From assembly GCF_009914755.1 (NCBI RefSeq), contig NC_060934.1: a DNA stretch of 64,000 nucleotides. One strand, given 5' to 3'. Positions 55,427-64,000 of this stretch are shown here, one piece after another. How positions within the stretch are numbered: position 1 is the first letter of the stretch; each line of letters begins with the position of its first letter. Both the position numbers and the translations under genes were made by a program. The notes under the pieces were generated by a model. The model saw nothing but the letters and a program-made list of their open reading frames with translations, was not told where the DNA came from and did not search any database. The stretch is from the human T2T-CHM13v2.0 reference genome, Homo sapiens.

Positions 55427-56434
55427 ATGGGGAAAAAACAGAGCAGAAAAGCTGAAAATTCTAAAAATCAGAGCTCCTCTCCCCCTCCAAAGGAACTCAG
55501 CTCCTCGCCAGCAATGGAACAAAGCGGGACGGAGAATGACTTTGACGAGTTGAGAGAAGAAGGCTTCAGGCGATCAAACTTCTCCGAGCTAAAGGAGGAA
55601 GTTAGAACCCATCGCAAAGAAGCTAAAAACCTTGAAAAAAGATGAGACGAATGGCTAACTAGAATAACTAGTGTAGAGAAGTCCTTAAAGGACGTGATGG
55701 AGCTGAAAACCATGGCACAAGAACTACGTGACGAATGCAGAAGCTTTAGTAGCCGATTCGATCAAATGGAAGAAAAAGTATCAGTGATTGAAGATCAAAT
55801 GAATGAAATGAAGCGAGAAGTTTAGAGAAAAAAGAGTAAAAAGAAACAAAGCCTCCAAGAAATATGGGACTATGTGAAAAGACCAAATCTATGTCTGATT
55901 GGTGTACCTGAAAGTGATGGGGAGAATGGAAACAAGTTGGAAAACACTCTGCAGGATATTATCCAGGAGAACTTCCCCAACCTAGCAAGGCAGGCCGACA
56001 TTCAAATTCAGGAAATACAGAGAACACCACAAAGATACTCCTCGAGAAGAGCAACTCCAAGACACATAATAGTCAGATTCACCAAAATTGAAATGAAGGA
56101 AAAAATGTTAAGGGCAGTCAGAGAGAAAGGTCGGGTTACCCACAAAGGGAAGCCCATCAGACTAACAGCGGATCTCTCGGCAGAAACTCTACAAGCCAGA
56201 AGAGAGTAGGGGCCAATATTCAACATTCTTAAAGAAAATAATTTTCAACCCAGAATTTCATATCCAGCCAAACTAAGCTTCATAAGTGAAGGAGAAATAA
56301 AATCCTTTACAGACAAGCAAATGCTGAGAGATTTTGTCACCACCAGGCCTGCCCTAAAAGAGCTCCTGAAGGAAGTGCTAAACATAGAAAGGAACAACCA
56401 GTACCAGCCACTGCAAAAACATGCCAAATTGTAA
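55427..56434 (+). pseudogene. L1 ORF1p, disrupted
   Basis: MGKKQSRK... start; premature TGA 55643-55645, small deletions near 55815-55850, TAG 56207-56209. Confidence 0.93.
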
Positions 56435-56482
56435 AGACCATTAAGGCTAGGAAGAAACTGCATCAACCAACGAGCAAAATAA

Positions 56483-60384
<3,902 letters not shown>

Positions 60385-60601
60385 ACAATGAGAACACTTG
60401 GACACAGGAAGGGGGACATCATACACCGAGGCCTGTCATGGGGTGGGGGGAGGGGGGAGGGATAGCATTAGGAGATATACCTAATGTAAATGATGAGTTA
60501 ACGGGTGCAGCACATCAACATGGCACATGTATACATATGTTACAAACCTGCACATTATGCACATGTTCCCTAGAACTTAAAGTATAATAATAATAAAAAA
60601 A

Positions 60602-63250
60602 GTTTGTCATTACATAATGGTAAAATGTTCAATTTCCCAGGAAGATACAATTATAAAATTGTATGCATCTAATAATACAGACTAAAATTACATGTGGCAA
60701 AAACTGATTACAAACTACTTAGAGTAATATGCAAATCATGTAAGTATAATAGCATAAAAATACAAGGTACCTAAGATTACATCTAAAAAAAGGTACTTTC
60801 AAGACTTCTATAGAGTTATAAAACTCTATTGAAATAATACCTAAACAAAATATATAACATATTTACAGATTAGAAGACTCAGTGATCAAGATGCCAATTG
60901 TGCCTAAATTGAACTGTAGATTTAACATAATTCTAATTGAAATACCAATTAAATTTGTTTTGTTTTGTTTCTTTTGTTTTGTTTTTTTCTGTGAATATTG
61001 ACAATCCGATTCTAAAATTTACATGGAAATGCAAAGATCCAATAAAGCTGGGGCACTCTTGCAAAACAGGGCATGAGCATTAGCCTTATCAGATAAGATT
61101 TAGATATTAAATCAGTGTTATATTGGTGCAGGAAAAAAAACAGTGAAACAGATTGAGTCAGAATAGACTCATATATATGAGCCCTTAATAATGACAGGTG
61201 GAATTATATATCAAGGGAGAAGACAGACTTTTTATTAAATGGATACTTCAGATGGTTATTTATAATAAAAGGAAATGAAACCAGATGTCTATCTCTCTAT
61301 ACACTAATATCAATTCTAAATGGATTAAATTTGTAAATATGAAAAGCAAAACAAGCCAAAAGTTTAAAGACCATAGAGAATAATACATTTGTGATTAAAT
61401 ATTGGATGAACTCTTTTTAAAGAAGGCAGAAAAAAATGTAAAGACAAAAAGGAAAAGATTAAGTCAGAATAACATTAATATTGAGAACATTTATTTATTA
61501 CAAAAGCCAGAAAAAGATTAAAAACTTAATCCACAAACTGAAAGAAGACATTTGCAATACATATAACTGGTAAAGGATTAGTATCCAAGTTATATAAATA
61601 ATTCCTATGAAAAAATAAATGTGAAATAAACCAATAGAATCAAAAGGCTGAAACCTGCAGTACCTAAAAGAGGAAACCTGAATGGTCAATAAACATTTAA
61701 AAAGATGATCACTTTCATCAGTAATCAGGAAAAGGCAAAAAAAATTATAAACACACACATACACGTAAACTCCAAAACCATGAGTAAGCATTATACAATA
61801 ACAGGTTGGCAAAAATGATGAAGTCTGGCAATATCAGTGCTGAAGACCATATGGAACACTAGAAACTTTCATCTGTTCCTGGTTAGAGGGTCAGAGTAAT
61901 ATTACTTTGGAAAACTATCTGGCATTAGCTTCTGTGGCAGAGGCTATTTATTGTCCTTCAATATCTAATCTCCTCCTTTCATTTTTTTGGAGACAGGGTC
62001 TTGCTCTATTGCCCAGGCTGGAGGGCAAAGGCACAATCATGGCTCACTGTGGGCTTGACCTCCCAGGCTCAAGCTATCCTCCCAGCTCAGTCTCAGGCAC
62101 GTGCCACCATGCCCAGCTGATTTTTTTTTCTATTTTTTGTAGAGACAGAGTCTCACTTTGTTGCCCAGGCTGGTCTCAAACTCTTGGGCTTTAGTTAGGT
62201 ATTTGGCTGCATAGACAGAGAGCACCTTTCTCAGTCTGTCTTGCAATTGGATGCAGTTCTAGGTCTAGGATCAGACCTGTGGGACACAAGTAGAAGTGAT
62301 ATGTGCAATTTCTGGGTCATATCCTTAAGGATAAATATTCTTGCCCTGGACTTTCTCTTTCTGGAGAAAGTCTAGAACCCATGGACATGAAGTTGACCAC
62401 CTTTATTTATGTGGGTGAGTAAAATATCTTAGGAGATGTCAGAGCAGTAAGATTGAAGGAACCTGTGTACCACTTTATGGAGTACTGCTCCTCATGGGGC
62501 ATTATCCTGCCTGGAGCCACTTGCTTCTTCACTGTAACATGAATGAAGCAGCCTTCCATCTATTTAAGTCAGTGTATTTTTTGTTGTTGCAATCACAGCA
62601 GCTTACCCATAGCAAGTGAACTTACCAGTACTCTTATGACCAGCAATTCTGTTATGAGTATAAAACCTGGAAGAGCTCCTGTATCTGTGTATCAGGTGAA
62701 ACTAGAAGAATGCTGAGAGCAATAATACTCATAATAGTAAAAAGTGAGAACCAACCTAAGTGTTGATGAGCAGCAGAATGGGTAAATAAGTTGTGGTATA
62801 TTCGTGTATTAGAATATTTGCAATGGGTGAATCACAACCACTAGCATCAGCATGAATGAATCTTAGAATTATAATGTTGAGAAAATGGAGCAAAATCACA
62901 GAACAATGTGTGCATTTTTCATTTACTTATTTTTTATTTCTAGAAAGCTTAAAAACCGGCAAAATTCAACAACATACCGCTTAGAACTACATGCACAAGT
63001 GATAAAACTATGAAGAAAATTAAGAAAAAATTAGAGCAATAGTTCCCTCCAGGAGGAAATGAAGAGGAATGCAATTGGTGGGCTTCTGGGGCATGGTAAT
63101 AATCTAGCTATGGCCTTGCTCTTGGGAATGCGGGCATTCGTGTTATTATCAATCTTTAAATTGTGTGTATGTGTTTTCATTCATCCTTTTGTTATTCATG
63201 GGTTATTTAACAGTTTGAAAAACATGCATACAAAAAAACATGAAACAACA
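60602..63250 (+). mobile_element. Ancient L1M(E)-type remnants interrupted by an Alu and a probable MLT LTR
   Basis: ORF2-like blocks (attctaaaatttacatggaaatgcaaaga; aaggattagtatcc) and 3'UTR-like blocks (gcagaatgggtaaataagttgtggtatattc). Confidence 0.65.
61982..62190 (-). mobile_element. Partial Alu (AluJ-like)
   Basis: gagacagggtcttgctctattgcccaggctgg...gttgcccaggctggtctcaaactc. Confidence 0.88.
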
Positions 63251-63870
63251 TAATTTAGACTCGAGACAAAATAAACTCTTCTCTACTTAGACTTGACCCC
63301 AAATTAAGAGATTAAGAATGGGGAACCTTACTCCCTGGATAAAAGAATAGGCTGAGAAAAGGCTAGGATAAAAATATTTGCATAAAGCATAAGAAAATTA
63401 CTAACTATGCAATAATTAAAATAAATATTTGAGATAGCAAAGAGTAGAGGTGAAATGGAGAGAACAGAACAAGAATGTAGAGCAATGTTCCCTGGCATTT
63501 AGTTTGCCACGGTATACATAAAAACACACTATTCACACAGAGCACTGGGATAAATCAACAAAGTTGCTCATGGGCTTAGACTATTGGATCAGAGCTTCAG
63601 GTTACTCTAGTAATGCCCTAAACCCTGCCACTTGGAGGACCAAGGAGAATCAATATCCCAGCGTACCTGAAACCTCTTCAGGAAACTTTGAAGGGAGGTA
63701 CAAACCAGAAAAGTTTCCAAAAAATGTCAAGGAAAAGAACAAAGAGGATAACATGACTTGAAAGAGAATGTCATTAACTATGGAGGACAGAAAAATAGGT
63801 ATCTGACCCACAATAGTGTTTCTGAAAAAGAAACAAAAACAGATCCCAGATCCCACAACAGCAGTCATTA

Positions 63871-64000
<130 letters not shown>

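Overview
Human genomic DNA containing the PTF1A locus (10p12.2, recognised from the protein). PTF1A is on the + strand with two coding exons (23525-24308 and 24698-24900; 328 aa, bHLH plus the C1/C2 RBPJ-binding motifs), a GC-box/CCAAT/TATA promoter inside a CpG island, and AATAAA at 25218. Three small phase-compatible exons on the - strand (54824-54750, 54664-54604, 35249-35167) form the 3' end of the convergent gene C10orf67; the ORF track misses them. About 18-19 kb upstream, a CpG-rich enhancer carries two identical-architecture PTF1 sites (AGCACAAGTG-N5-ATTCCCA), with a near-consensus REST/RE1 site just 5' of it. Downstream lies an almost transposon-free 18-kb field with satellite CpG islands and homeodomain/POU/TCF motif clusters. 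The pancreatic-agenesis enhancer (~50.3-50.7 kb) sits inside the last C10orf67 intron. The rest is Alu, L1, L2, MIR and MaLR repeats, including a dead 5.5-kb L1PA. Unexplained structural oddities: a perfect 36-bp inverted repeat 1.9 kb apart, a 92-bp tandem duplication whose core is also copied into a deleted Alu 1.8 kb away, and an in-frame duplication of the L1 endonuclease GDFN motif. I found no new protein-coding system; the interest is regulatory and structural. Repeat subfamilies and old-repeat boundaries were read by eye and are approximate.
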